A DNA stretch of 64,000 nt. It comes from Moniliella sp. 'wahieum'. Lineage: Eukaryota. Positions 11,913-23,345 of this stretch are shown here, piece after piece. The stretch is from the NCBI GenBank assembly GCA_003971905.1, contig RSEE01000062.1, positions 248,001-312,000 on the forward strand, read 5' to 3'. The notes below the pieces were generated by a model that ran no database searches, had not been told where the DNA came from, and was given only the letters and a program-made list of their open reading frames with translations. Numbering within the stretch: position 1 is the stretch's first letter; the number at the start of each line of letters is the position of its first letter. Both the position numbers and the translations under genes were made by a program.

Positions 11913-14009
11913 CTAATGATTGTTCCCACGCGCTCCGCCCTCGCGTAGACTACACGGAGCGTGCGCGCCGCCGCCCCTCGGGGGGAACAGGACATGGCAC
12001 ACGCAGCCGCACTGCGCCACACATTCATGTTGGGCCACGACCCTAGCCCAAGCTTGGCTCTCCTGGGCGCGTACGCGCGTACGTCCCGCCGGGCGACCAA
12101 CTCGGTTCTCCCCTACCTCCTCCGCCTGCTCCGCCTGCTCCCGCACGATATCCCACGCATTGGCGTACCGGATGTACCGGGGCATCCCACCTCGCGTCCC
12201 TGGTTCTACCCCTCCCCCTCCGGGTGCAGCATGAGCATGCGCGTCACCCACGGGTCCTCGGTTGGGACCTCCCATTGGGGCTGGAATTGGAGATGGGGTT
12301 GCGGTTGCAGTTGGGGTAGATGTGGTCCCCGGTGCTGGTGCGGTTGGGGTTGGTTCGGCGGGGGGGTTGCGTTCCCACTGGGCTTCTGCCTCGGTCGCGT
12401 CCGCCCACTCGGGGGGGAAGACACGGGTAGGAGGTAGGGCATGGTGGGACCAGGGATGCTGTTCCTGGGCTGGGGGCTGGGCCTGTGGGGCATGTTGAGC
12501 CTGTGCAGGCACGTCGGGACCTGGTTGGTACTGGTACCCGTCGTGCCCGCTGTGCCCGTGGTGCGCATGATGGCCATGGTGGTCGGGCTGGGATAACCCT
12601 GTCCCGACCGACGGGGGAGGAGCGAGGTAAACGGCCCAACTAGGATCGTGGTGAGCCAACGTGCGCAAGATGGCCGGCTGACGCGCTTGATGCGCACGGT
12701 CCTCCTGTGCCAACCCAAGCAGAGTGTGGTGGTGCCAGACGTGGTCGGTACGGGGCGTAGACCATGCATTGGGGTAGTCCGGCACGGCAGGCACTGTGGG
12801 CGGAGCCAAAGGCGGAGATGGGACGTGCGTCGCGCCCGCCAGCCCCTCGGATGACCACGAGGTATACGTGTCTTGGGAAGGCGTGGGTGGGGGCGGGAAA
12901 TGCTGTGGAGCAAGGGAGGAGTTGGAAAGGAAAGGCGCAGGCGAAGGCGCAGGCGGGTGGTCGGTGTACGGAGCTTGGTCATGGTCTGTGTGGTGTACTC
13001 CCATCTCCTGGGGCGGGGCGTGGGATGGAGTAGGACAGGAAGGAGTGGAGGGAATAGAATGCGTCCAAGGAATCGCAGGCGCAGAAGGGGGAGGGACGAT
13101 GTTGGCTCAGGAACCGGTACGGTAGGCTCAATAGATGGTGCAGATGGAGGAGATGGTGCAGATGGCGGGGGAGCAGGGTGGGCCGGCCAGGAAGAGGCAG
13201 AGGGTGGTAGCTTGGTGGAGGAGGGGAAGGAGCTGCCTCCGCAGCGGCATAGGTCGCCCACCACGTCTCGGCCAAGTTGTCATCCGAGACGACCGCTGGG
13301 GCGGGCGGAAGGCCCGTCACCCGCGACGACAACATGGCCGGTGCGGGACGGTGCCAAGGCCGGAACGGGAGCGTGATAGCACGCACGCTCGACCGGAACT
13401 TGGTCCAGGCAGGCGCAAAGATGTACCCTCCCTTGGGCTGGACGTTGTACAGGTACGGAAGACGATGGAGGGGAGCGTGCTGAGCAGGCTGCTGGTATCG
13501 GTAGGCCCATGCTCTGCGGCAGCGAGGAGAGTATGGAAGGTGTCTAGGCCTGGGCGACGAGGAGTGAGGTAGCGTAGTGGTCTGGCCAGGTGGGATCAGG
13601 CGCCATCGCAGCGGCCGCAGGACCCAGGGGGTGGTGAGGAGTGGGCTCAGGTCGCCCAGGGGCAGAAGATGTGGGTCGAGGTATACGACTGGGGAACAGA
13701 AAGGCGGAAGAGGTGCAGCCACGTAAGGCTGTCGGCATCTCGGGCGCAAAAGGGGAGGGGATCGGAGAGATAGGGGGAAGGGAAAGGACGAGAGAGTGTG
13801 GCGAGACTGTTGCGACTCAGTGGCTCTACCCCGACCACCTGATCCACAGGGAGGCGACGGACCGCAGCTTGGACGTGAACAGGAAGCAGAGCGGGAGTGG
13901 TAAGGAGGAGGATGGGGGCATCGGGCGAGCGCTGGCGGAGGGCATAGACCAGAGCTTGCACCCCGGGCAGATCGGCCTCGGTGTGGAGGAGAGTGGCAAA
14001 GGTAGCCAT
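11913..14009 (-). CDS. Glycogenin-like GT8-fold protein with degenerate catalytic motifs and a long Pro/His-rich C-terminus; 3' end approximate
   Basis: MATFATLLHTEADLPGVQALVYALR, LTWLHLFRL, VVYLDPHLL, AMAPDPTWPD, RLPYLYNVQPKGGYIFAPAW, RPW and ETWWATY are collinear with glycogenin motifs (AFVTL..., TKLHCWSL, VFMDADTL, AAPDPGWPD, HLPFIYN...YSYLPAF, KPW, LWWNIF). C-terminal YPNAW and YANAWD motifs. Confidence 0.85.
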
Positions 14010-15438
14010 GGTGATGGTGGCGTGGCAGAGGAGGAGGAGAAAGCGATCGGAGGGAGGGTGAGAAGGGGTCAGATGCTGGCGAGATGGACCGACGCGACTG
14101 AGGTGAGGTTGGTCCTGCGATGGAGCAGGCGGGGAGGAGAGAAGGGAAGAAGCGCAAGCGGGGACAGGCTGACGTGTGTGGACAAAGGATACGGGTGGGG
14201 TGCGATGATGTCGATGATGTCGATGATACGTGTTGATTGAATACGGGTCCTCGAGCGCGCCGGTTGGGGCCGCCTGGTAGGGTGCAGCCGGCTGGGATAC
14301 ATATATACGCAGAGCGCCTGTCCGTGGTCCCACGGCAGGAGAGGGCCCAAGGTGGGTGGGTAGCCGGTACCCGGGTAACGCGTTAGCGGGACAACGGAAT
14401 CGGCGATAGATGTGTCGATCCACCCTCCATGTCCTCTAGCCTACTGTAGCCGTGTATCCTCGTGTACCCCACCGTGCTCCTTCTGGCTCGCAGCCACATG
14501 CCTCACCAGGCCACCCCGTGTGTTGCGCGGAATACTCAGACTGAGGACCAAGCAGGATATGTGAGCCAAGCGAGGATACCTGGACCCGATTGATAATGCC
14601 GATGAGGGAGCTCTCGCAGGCTGCCGGCTATCGACGACCGAGCATCCGTCACCTCGTCACTAGACGGTTTGACGTTTGATTCTCCTGCACGACGGTTCCT
14701 GGTGGGCTAAGCGATCAAGATGATTCAATGATCGATGAGAGACGATGCGGCGCGGAGCCACTATCCCCAAGGTAACCAGCTAAGCGCTAACCCCAGCTCA
14801 GCGAGGCTGGGCGGCTCAGAGAAGACTAACGCACAGGCCCTCAGCTTTTGCCCACCTGAATTTGACACTCGCGCCATGCCCCTTTCTTGCCACTGTCCAC
14901 TGCACTGGCCATTTTGCCACTCTAGCGCCCAGCCCGCATCCGCCTGTCCTGGGCCCAGCCCTGTCCCGCCTGGGAATCCATCCCTCCCCTCCCCCCCATC
15001 ATCGCGTGCTCTTCCATGGAGGGGGCACGGATGGCGTTGGGCTTTTGGGAAGCACAACATATGATGGGTACCTGAGCACTGTGTATACTGTGTTGAACTC
15101 ATCGATGACCGTTCGATGAACCGGCGGGAGGAGCCGAGGCCTGGGATGATCGATGATCGATCCCTGATCGAATCGGTTGAGAGGATCGTCGCTGGATTAA
15201 CATACTAACAGGAAAAGTGGGCCCTGTCAGAAGCCTACGCAGACGGCGGTGGGGAGGAGCGGAAAAAGACGCAGGACAGAGACAGGGCAGTGCGCACAGG
15301 CCACCCGAATCGAAACAACCAATGCGAATCCAAACCCAGAATGAAATTACGAAATAAACTGCCACGTGGAAGGCGCGCGTCGCGGCCACTGGATCGGCCA
15401 GCATGCCTGCATGCCTGCATGCTCCCCTCCCGCCGCCA

Positions 15439-15970
15439 ATGGACTGGCCCCGCCACGCGCTCCTCACCACCCTCATTGACCGCATCCCCGCGGCGGCCCA
15501 GTGGATGAACCGTGTCTCTTGCACCTTGCCCAGGCGGTGGACAGCGAGCTGCTGCCTGCGCTCGACCTCGTGGACCAAGGCCAAGGTACGAGGACCGTTC
15601 CCCGCGCTCGCGCTCGTGCCACGCCCGCTTGCCACGGCCTGACCCACTCTTTCCTCGTGCCCCCGCCCAGTGCGTCTACTTCCGCGGCCGTTCGAACCAC
15701 GTTCCGTCTTGACCACGACGGAAGCCAGGACGGGATCTGGGCTGGATCCTGATCTTGCCCCTCCTGCGGCCCAACAAGCCCAGGCGGGCGGATACCTCAC
15801 CTATCCTGCTCTGGGCCTCTGCCTTTGTCCCTACGCGGGACCTGCCCCGTTCTGCTGCCACCTGCTCGCCACGTACATTGCGCTACGCCTTGGCGTGGCC
15901 CAGGTCGAACCGAGTGCGGTTGCTCTGGCACGTGCGCTGGACGCGGTAGCGAAACACCCTGCGCCAGTAA
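15439..15970 (+). CDS. SWS1: SWIM zinc-finger protein Sws1/ZSWIM7 (Shu complex); intron 15586-15670; one frameshift near 15500; stop uncertain (15970, or 16203 in the raw frame)
   Basis: Spliced product reads LLPALDLVDQGQ|VRLLP...GYLTYPALGLCLCPYAGPAPFCCHLLATYIALRLG, matching ZSWIM7 ALDLVD...CxC...CxHLLA. Intron GTACGA...CCTGAC...CCAG is in the correct phase. Confidence 0.8.
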
Positions 15971-16691
15971 GAGGAGCGTGCTCTGCTTCGGATTCTAGGA
16001 CCGCCAACTGCCCCCGCGTCCTCGTCCAACACTGCGGGCGTTGGTCCTGCTCGTGCTGCTCCTGCGCCCGTGGCCGCGTCGCCCTTCCCTCCTCTTGCCA
16101 TCCGATCTCAGAAGAGGGGAAGGCCGATGAGGATGGATCGTGGCATGCCGTACCATGGGCTGTGCCCGCAGGGACTCCTATCTACAAGCACGAGCGCACC
16201 TGACAGTTGGGAAGAAGGGGGGAGAGAGACGGATAGACGGATGCGAAGAGCCACGTTCGCTCCGAACGGCGACTGCTGGGCGCGGGAGGCGAGACAGACA
16301 GCCGCAGTAATGAATTGAATCATTTACCCCGGCGGCCGAGGGGCGGCTGAGCGGTTGAAGACTGGATTTGAAATGTGAAATGGCAGCGGGCTGCCCCGTG
16401 CCGCGCGGCAGTCTCGCGACGCGCGCGGCCCGGCGACTTGAAATTTGAAGCGGCGCGCGGTCACACACTGCCTGTGCTGGGGCAGGAGCACACACTGGCG
16501 CCGTGCGCGGGGCGTGGCAGCGCGGCCTCGTGTTGGTTGGCCGCCGAGCGGCGGACGGCCTGCCTGGGCTAAGGTGCACTCGGCTGGCCTACGCAGAAGC
16601 TCCCACGTCACGCAGACGCCTTCGCCTGTCGTCGCCGACCCCATCCTCCCTTCCGCCCTTCCGCCCTTACGCCCCCCCCTCCTCCTCCACC

Positions 16692-18266
16692 ATGGGCCGC
16701 GAGATCATCACCTTCAGCGTCGGCCAGGCCGGCACCCAGGTCGGCACCGAGTTCTGGAAGAACATCACCGCCGAGCACGGCCTCGACTATGACGGCGCCT
16801 ACGTCGGCACCGACGACCGCCAGCTCGGCAAGGTCGACGTCTTCTTCAGCGAGTCGGCCGACAGCAACCGCTTCGTCCCCCGCAACATCACCGTCGACCT
16901 CGAGCCTGGCACCATCGACGTTGTCCGCAACGGCCCTCTTGCCAAGCTCTTCCGCCCCGACTCGCTCATCTTTGGCAGCTCGGGCGCCGGCAACAGCTTT
17001 GCCAAGGGCTACTACACCGAAGGTCTGTCTGTCTCCCGCCTGTGCACGCGCTCGCCTTCCCTTGCGCTCTGTGGCTGCTGACCCCCTCTTGTCTTCTGCC
17101 TTCAGGCGCCGAGCTCATCGACTCGATTATGGAAGTGGCTCGCAAGGAGGCTGAGAAGGCCGACGTCCTGCAAGGCTTCCAGCTGCTCCACTCCCTTGGT
17201 GGCGGCACTGGCTCGGGTCTGGGCACCAACCTGATCACCAAGCTCCGTGAGGAGTTCCCCGACCGCATTCTCACCTCTTGGTCCGTCCTGCCTAGCCCCA
17301 AGGTGAGCGAGGTGGTGGTGGAGCCGTACAATGCGACGCTTAGTTTCCATCAGCTGGTGGAGCACTCCGACATGACCTTCTGCTTGGACAATGAGGCACT
17401 GTTTGACATTTGCATGAAGACGCTTCGCATCAAGGACCCTACCTCGTCCGACTTGAACAAGGTCATTGCCAAGGCCATGTCGGGGTGTGTCGACGACACT
17501 TCGGTTCCCAGGCCAGCTCAACTCGGACCTGCGCAAGCTTGCGGTCAACATGGTTCCCTTCCCGCGTCTTCACTTCTTTACCGTTGGCTACGCTCCCCTT
17601 GTTTCGCTCGGATCCAAGGCCTACACCAACCTCAAGGTGGCTGAGTTGGTCCAACAGGGCCTTGCCCCGGTAACACCATGGCTGCCGTCGACGCTCGCTG
17701 TATGTCCCTCTTTTTTTCTTTGGAAATGACCTGTGGAGCAGATTGCTGACTAGGCGAATTGCTGTGCTTAAGTGGGCAAGTACCTTACTGTTGGTGCCAA
17801 CTTCCGTGGCAAGACAATCAAGAGCAAGGATGTGGAAGATGAGATGTTCCAGGCACAACAGAAGAGCAGTTCGGGCTTTGTCGACTGGATCCCGCAAAAC
17901 ATTACCACTTCCCTGTGTGATGTGCCGCCGGTTGACTCGCCGGTCAGTGCCACCTTTATTGGCAACACCACCTCGGTTCAGGAACTGTTCAAGCGGACGC
18001 AAGCCCAATTTTCCGCCATGTTCCGTCGCCGCGCTTTCCTTCACTGGTACACCAACGAAGGTATGGATGAGATGGAGTTTACCGAGGCCGAGTCCAACCT
18101 CATGGACCTTGTTTCCGAGTACCAGCAGTACCAAGAGGCCAGCATCGACGAAGACGAGCTCTTGGAGGATGGATACGAGGAGGAGTATGTTGAGGAAGAT
18201 GGGATGGCGCCGGCTGAGGATGCATACGAAGCGAATGGCTTTGAGGGCGAAGCGGAAGAAGAATAG
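16692..18266 (+). CDS. Highly divergent beta-tubulin paralog; introns 17023-17105 and 17700-17772
   Basis: [90 protein letters not shown], acidic tail. Both introns have a CTGAC branch point and restore frame. Confidence 0.95.
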
Positions 18267-19184
18267 TCCCGCTCGCTAGCTATGTACCCTCGCCTGGAAA
18301 TTCGCACCTTCGCTCTCTGTGAAGAAGAGTGCGCATGTGCCGTCAAAATCCCATTATCCCATTTCCTTCCCCTCTCGCCTGCTTCTGCCCCTCCTTCTAT
18401 CCTTTCTAGCCTGCCAGGCGGACTAAGCAAAGCCAAAGCATGCTCACTTCCGAAGTATGCCCTGGCCTTCAGTCCCCGGTTTGGCATTTCTTTCGTGTGC
18501 CCTCGGGCCCTCTAGCTTATGCTGTGACACGTCTGTTCCCTTCAACTTGTAATCCCATCCAACCAGACCGATGGCGGCTCTACCCCACCCCTCCGCGCAC
18601 CCGCTTCTTGCTTCCATAGCGTAGCACTAGGTCAGTATTGCTGGCTAGGTGTTGCACGGGTCGAGCCAAGGGCCACAAGCCAAATGCTAAAAGCCCAATG
18701 CCAAATCGAAAAATAGGTAGAGGCGGGAACCAGGACAGAAAACCATACACGCCTGCGGTACGAAGCACTTCGTAGAGGGTGTGCAACTACGCGAGCGATG
18801 TAGGCGAGCGATGCAACTGATGACATTCCGTGCCAGAGGTAGAGGTAGAGGTAGCAAGCAGGTCGGGAGGGCCACTGATTTGCGGATTGGGGTCAGTCCT
18901 GGGTCTGGCACCGAGGACGACAGGGCGGGATAGGGGACGTGGTACCCTCGAACCCGCGCCGAGGACTTGCTGGATGCTGGATAAACAAAAAGCTTGCATT
19001 AGGCACCTTGAAGCTTGAAGCTTGAAGCTTGGGGCAGGAGGTTGTATGACCAATGAATGATCTATGATCTCTTTCGTCGTCGTGGTATTAGCTAGCCCCT
19101 TGGGCCCTGAGCAGGAGCCTTGGGCATCGATACCGATCCACAGTTGAGCGGAGCGAAGGCGGCAAAATACCAACAAAAAGGTGG

Positions 19185-19285
19185 TGACGAGAGTGGGATT
19201 CGAACCCACGCCCCGGAGGACTGCGGTTTTGCGGATTCCAAAGTGTCCTTAAACACAGCGCGTTAGACCACTTCGCTATCTCGCC
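19185..19285 (-). tRNA. tRNA-Leu(UAA) with a 21-nt intron (19227-19247) and long variable arm
   Basis: Minus strand folds as acceptor GGCGAGA/TCTCGTC, D-loop AGTGGTCTAA, anticodon stem CTGTG/CGCAG, loop TT-TAA-G[intron]C, variable arm TCCTCCGGGGC, T-arm GTGGG-TTCGAAT-CCCAC. Followed by CCA and a T5 Pol III terminator. Confidence 0.93.
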
Positions 19286-19407
19286 TTGGGCAGGATGGAA
19301 TATTATCGCTCTAACATGTAAAGAGTAAGCAAAACAGGCTTCCCTGGAGCCCTAGTTCAAGTGAGAAACGGATAGACAACAGAAGATCAAGCCTATAAAT
19401 AGCCTAG

Positions 19408-19652
19408 TGTCATGGGACGAGCCCCGAAGTGGGACCTACTCCTGTAGTTCAGAGCAAACCCCTGGGATAGCCGATCGGAGCCACGCACGGTCTGTCCCGG
19501 TTCAGATCGTGGTCGAACGGAGGAGCGGGTGTAGTATAGAGGCTAAGGAAAGACCCTCTCTCTATAGTAGTTCGGGTGTTAGCTGTGCCTGCGTTTACCG
19601 GCCGCTGGCAGCTTAGACGCTCCCAGGATGGAGCAGCGTGCGCAGGTCAACA
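19408..19652. mobile_element. Candidate solo-LTR-like insertion upstream of the tRNA
   Basis: Starts TGTCA, ends CAACA, and is flanked by the direct repeat AGCCTAG (19401-19407 and 19653-19659). No coding evidence. Confidence 0.3.
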
Positions 19653-19886
19653 AGCCTAGCATTGCACCTACGGGGAGCCACCGACCGCCCTCCGTATAAC
19701 ATGGAGACTCAGTATATGTTCACCGTGGGGCATCCTATGTACACCACAAGCGCCACAGAAAAACTAGATATAGGCGTCATGATCAATGATATGGCATCAC
19801 ATACCGACACCTGCGGTGCCTTGAAGAAGAAGAAGAGGTATTTCTAGACATAAACAGAGCATTGAACCTAACCAACCAGCCGCACA

Positions 19887-22166
19887 TTACCCACCACCGC
19901 ATCCACCTCCTCCGCATCCTCCTCCTCCTCCGCCTCCGCAGCCAGAGTTATTGCCAACGTTTCCACACCCCCCGCACCCGTTCCGGACTGGCACGACGTA
20001 CCCGCCCACGGCGTTGGCGCACCCTCCTGCACCGCACGAGCCTGCGCCTACGACACCACCACATGTGCCCGCGACGCAGGCGCCGACGCTACCGGATCCC
20101 ATGGCCGCGCACGCCGGGTTGGATGGGTACATGCCCGAGTTGGAGCCGGGTGTGATGCATGGGTCAGGGTAGTAAGGAGCGTAGTAAGGCATGTAGATGG
20201 GGTAGATTCCCCATGCCAACGTGGTGGATTCCGTCGGTTCATACCGTGGACGTTGTTTCTCGTTCTTCTCGTTCGCAGGCGAGTGAGCAGGCCGCGTTTG
20301 TGCAGTCTCCGCTGGGCCGCGGCTGCCTTGGAAACGAGACGGCGGTAGCGCATGGTCTCTTTGGACGCTAGTTTGGGGTTGCCCTCGGTTGGCACGGCGT
20401 TGTGAGCGGACATGTGCGCGTTGCGGTGAGGAGTGTCGTGGTGGATGGTAGGATTGGCATGGAGGGCGTCGGAATTGGCTCGAGCGAGGGAGGCTGTAGA
20501 AGAGGCGAACCAGTAGGCCGGAGAAGCAGAGTTGGTATGGCCTTCACGTACAGCCTCGCAGTACCAGCAGGTGCACTGGGAGTAAGGCTGGCCATTGGTC
20601 AAGCTACTGTACCGTTTGGATGGTTCGAACGCATCGCTCAAGCGACCCGAGGCGACCTTATCATCATGGTTGATCATGCGGCCCATATTGAGCATCGTGT
20701 AGAATGGTAGCGTGCCGGTGCGAGCTGGTGTGTGTGCCATGCCAAGTCCACGTCCAAGTGGGTACGGCCATGTCCACAGGGTACTTTTTGATGATTGGAG
20801 AAAGATGAGTACTTGTCAATCGACCGGGTCATGGTCTGTTGCAGCGCGGCGAATGCAACCAATCAATCTCATCCATCTTGCGGATAATGTACCTTGACGC
20901 AGTACCGCGCCCACCAACTCGAGTCCAAACGGACACGAATTTTCCAGTAGCGCGACATCATCAACCGAATCCCCACGCGTCGGACCTTAGCCACGCGACG
21001 AATGACATTTTGACGGTTGCCTACTTGCCGCACCACGTCACGGTCGCTAAAGCCCTTTTGGATGACTTTGCACACGTCTTGGATGGTAGCGTGGGGATTG
21101 TGTTCAAGTCGAGCTTTTTGTCGAGCTGCACGTAGACCCCCTTTAGTAAAAAGTGGCTGCCATACGACTGGTGCATCCTGGACCTGAAGCCTTCGAAAAT
21201 AGGACGGCCATCAAACGAAAACATGGTGCCTGGCATGACGACCTTGCGCAGCTTGAGGTCCTGAAAATCCGCACGGAATTTGGCCACACGCAGGTCGTTG
21301 TGGGAGATGCGGTAAGAGCAGGCGGGGCAGGTAGTAAGCCAGTTGGAGTCGCTAAACCCCTTTTGCGCATCGAACCACGGCTTGGCCAAGGAGCCCAGTC
21401 GACCCGCTGTGACCCACGGCACTTCTTGCTCTCGCTTACAACGGGGACAGGCGATCACCTTGCCCTTTTTGTCTTCCTGGTTGCGCCAGGCGCGACCGGT
21501 GCGCGCTTGGAACTGCTCGGCGGCTTTGGCAGGCGGCATGTATCGAGCGAGTCGTTGATGCAATTGTCGATCAGGGCCCAGGGGAAGCCGTGTGTGCCAA
21601 ACCTGCATGCGATGCGTGCGGAGACAATCTTCGAGGTAGTTGATCGGGTTGAGGCAAATGCGTGCCCACCATCAACACATCCAGCGGCGGCAACTTGTCC
21701 GCCTGCCACAGCCGCCGGTCCGACAGATGCTTTGAATTGGCTATCACGTCCACGTACAAGCGTATAACAGAGTCGACGATATCGAGCGTGATCGCTGGTC
21801 CAGGCGAGCTAGGCAGACAGTCAAACCAAAACCGTTCGAACCGATCTGCCGCTCGTGCCACATACACCGCCAGCGCTTCTCCGTACCGCGCGAGCGCCTT
21901 GTTTCGATCGTCTTCCACTTCAAAGTCGGCCAGCACGTCCTCGTCCCACAGGCCAAACATGCCATCGGTATGGGCGATCGAGTCGCGCAAATCGGCAAAG
22001 ACAGCGAGCAGGCGTAAGTGGGCGACACACTCGTCTGGTGTGACGGTTTGAGTGGTATCGTCGTTCGAGATGAAGGGGAACGTGCGGGGTTCGGGCGCGT
22101 AGGCTGGGGGCTCACCACCGGGTCAGGGGCGGGCAATGGCTTGGACTCTTTCGTCTCAACCGACAT
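19887..22166 (-). CDS. Glycine-rich domain-containing protein (DUF1399/GRDP family), frameshifted
   Basis: LAVYVARAADRFERFW, LPPLDVLMV(W), CPRC and CPAC pairs, LDVDLAWHTHQLAPARY, INHDDKV, CTCWYCE, HMSAHNAV, and a C-terminal GACVAGTCGG...GCGGGGCGGG tail. Confidence 0.85.
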
Positions 22167-22613
22167 TGCCGCAGTACGGAGATGTAGACAGGATAGTTGT
22201 GGGGCTGAAGGTATTGAGGGGGGAGTTGCTCGCCAGTGATGACGATGAGGGTGGTGGGAGAGAGAAACGCGGGAAAGTGGAAACGGGCCCCGACTTTAAC
22301 CAGGTCTTTGTTTGGTGGTGTGCAGTTGTAGAGCTGTGAAGCGCGGTGGAGGACAAGGAGAGATGGCGAGGGTTAGAGCACAACAAGAGAAAGGGCTGCG
22401 GAGTAGTTCCGGTTCCCGATTATCGCTTATCGCTTTTTACAAATAGGGTACGGTGTGGTAGGCACGTCCGGAACGCCCTCGGGTTGCGGAGGGCGGCGCA
22501 AAAGGGAGCAGATACCTCTGATCCTATTACTATTCCAGGAACAAAAACTGCGAGTGCCAGTGTGCAACACATATGCCTGTTGCAGCTTCTCACTAGCTTC
22601 ACTCGACACATTG

Positions 22614-22963
22614 CCCACTTTTCCGCAGCCTCACTAATAGTAAAGTGAGGGCACTAAACCAACCGGCAAGCGGTAACCGGTAACCGGGGTAACCCGGAAC
22701 GCGTAACGCGTAACCTGTCACACTGCGTGAAGCCCCAGGGACTAGGGACTGTGAATGTGTGATCGATGATCTGTAACGAACGATGATCCTCATCGGTCAG
22801 TACGTGCAAACGTTCAACGTCAGTACTCAGTACCAGTGTCGATCCCCAACCTCAGGCTGGGTACCCACTTTTTCCGCAACAGGTGGACGCGCAACTCTCG
22901 CAGCCGAGATGGGATAATCGATAAGCGGTAACCGGTAACCGGTATAGGCTGGTCTAGGGCTGG
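22614..22963. promoter_or_regulatory. Duplicated cis-element module upstream of the DUF1399 gene
   Basis: CCCACTTTT(T)CCGCA at 22614 and 22864, each followed by the exact 20-mer AAGCGGTAACCGGTAACCGG (22668, 22923). Regulatory function is inference. Confidence 0.45.
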
Positions 22964-23345
22964 TGGAGTTCTAGCCGGTATGAGATCTGAGAAGTGGGAC
23001 GTGTGAGATTTGCGTGGCGCACTATACGCATTTTTGCGCGTTACGCGTTACGGATCGATGAAGCGTACGCTGCATGAGGAACTGGAGCGGAGCAGAGCGG
23101 AGCAGAGCGGAGCCACCATCCACTATACACACAAGGCGTGAACACAGAACTTGTTTTTGCTGCCGATGGTAGTAATTCAGCCTATACCTGGAATGGTGTG
23201 TGCCTTCGGCCTTATATTGCAGCTTTATGAGCGCGGAGCGAAGTCAAAAGCATTTACGTGAGGGACACACTACAAAACCACCGAGCAATAAGGGTAACGA
23301 ATGTGTCTGAATTGGATATTAGATCATAGCTGTGGAGCGGGGATC

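Noticed and set aside
19887..20120. Cys/Gly-rich tail as a separate metallothionein or RiPP precursor
   Set aside because: A GC/GG-rich C-terminal tail is a normal feature of DUF1399/GRDP proteins and it continues the upstream gene.
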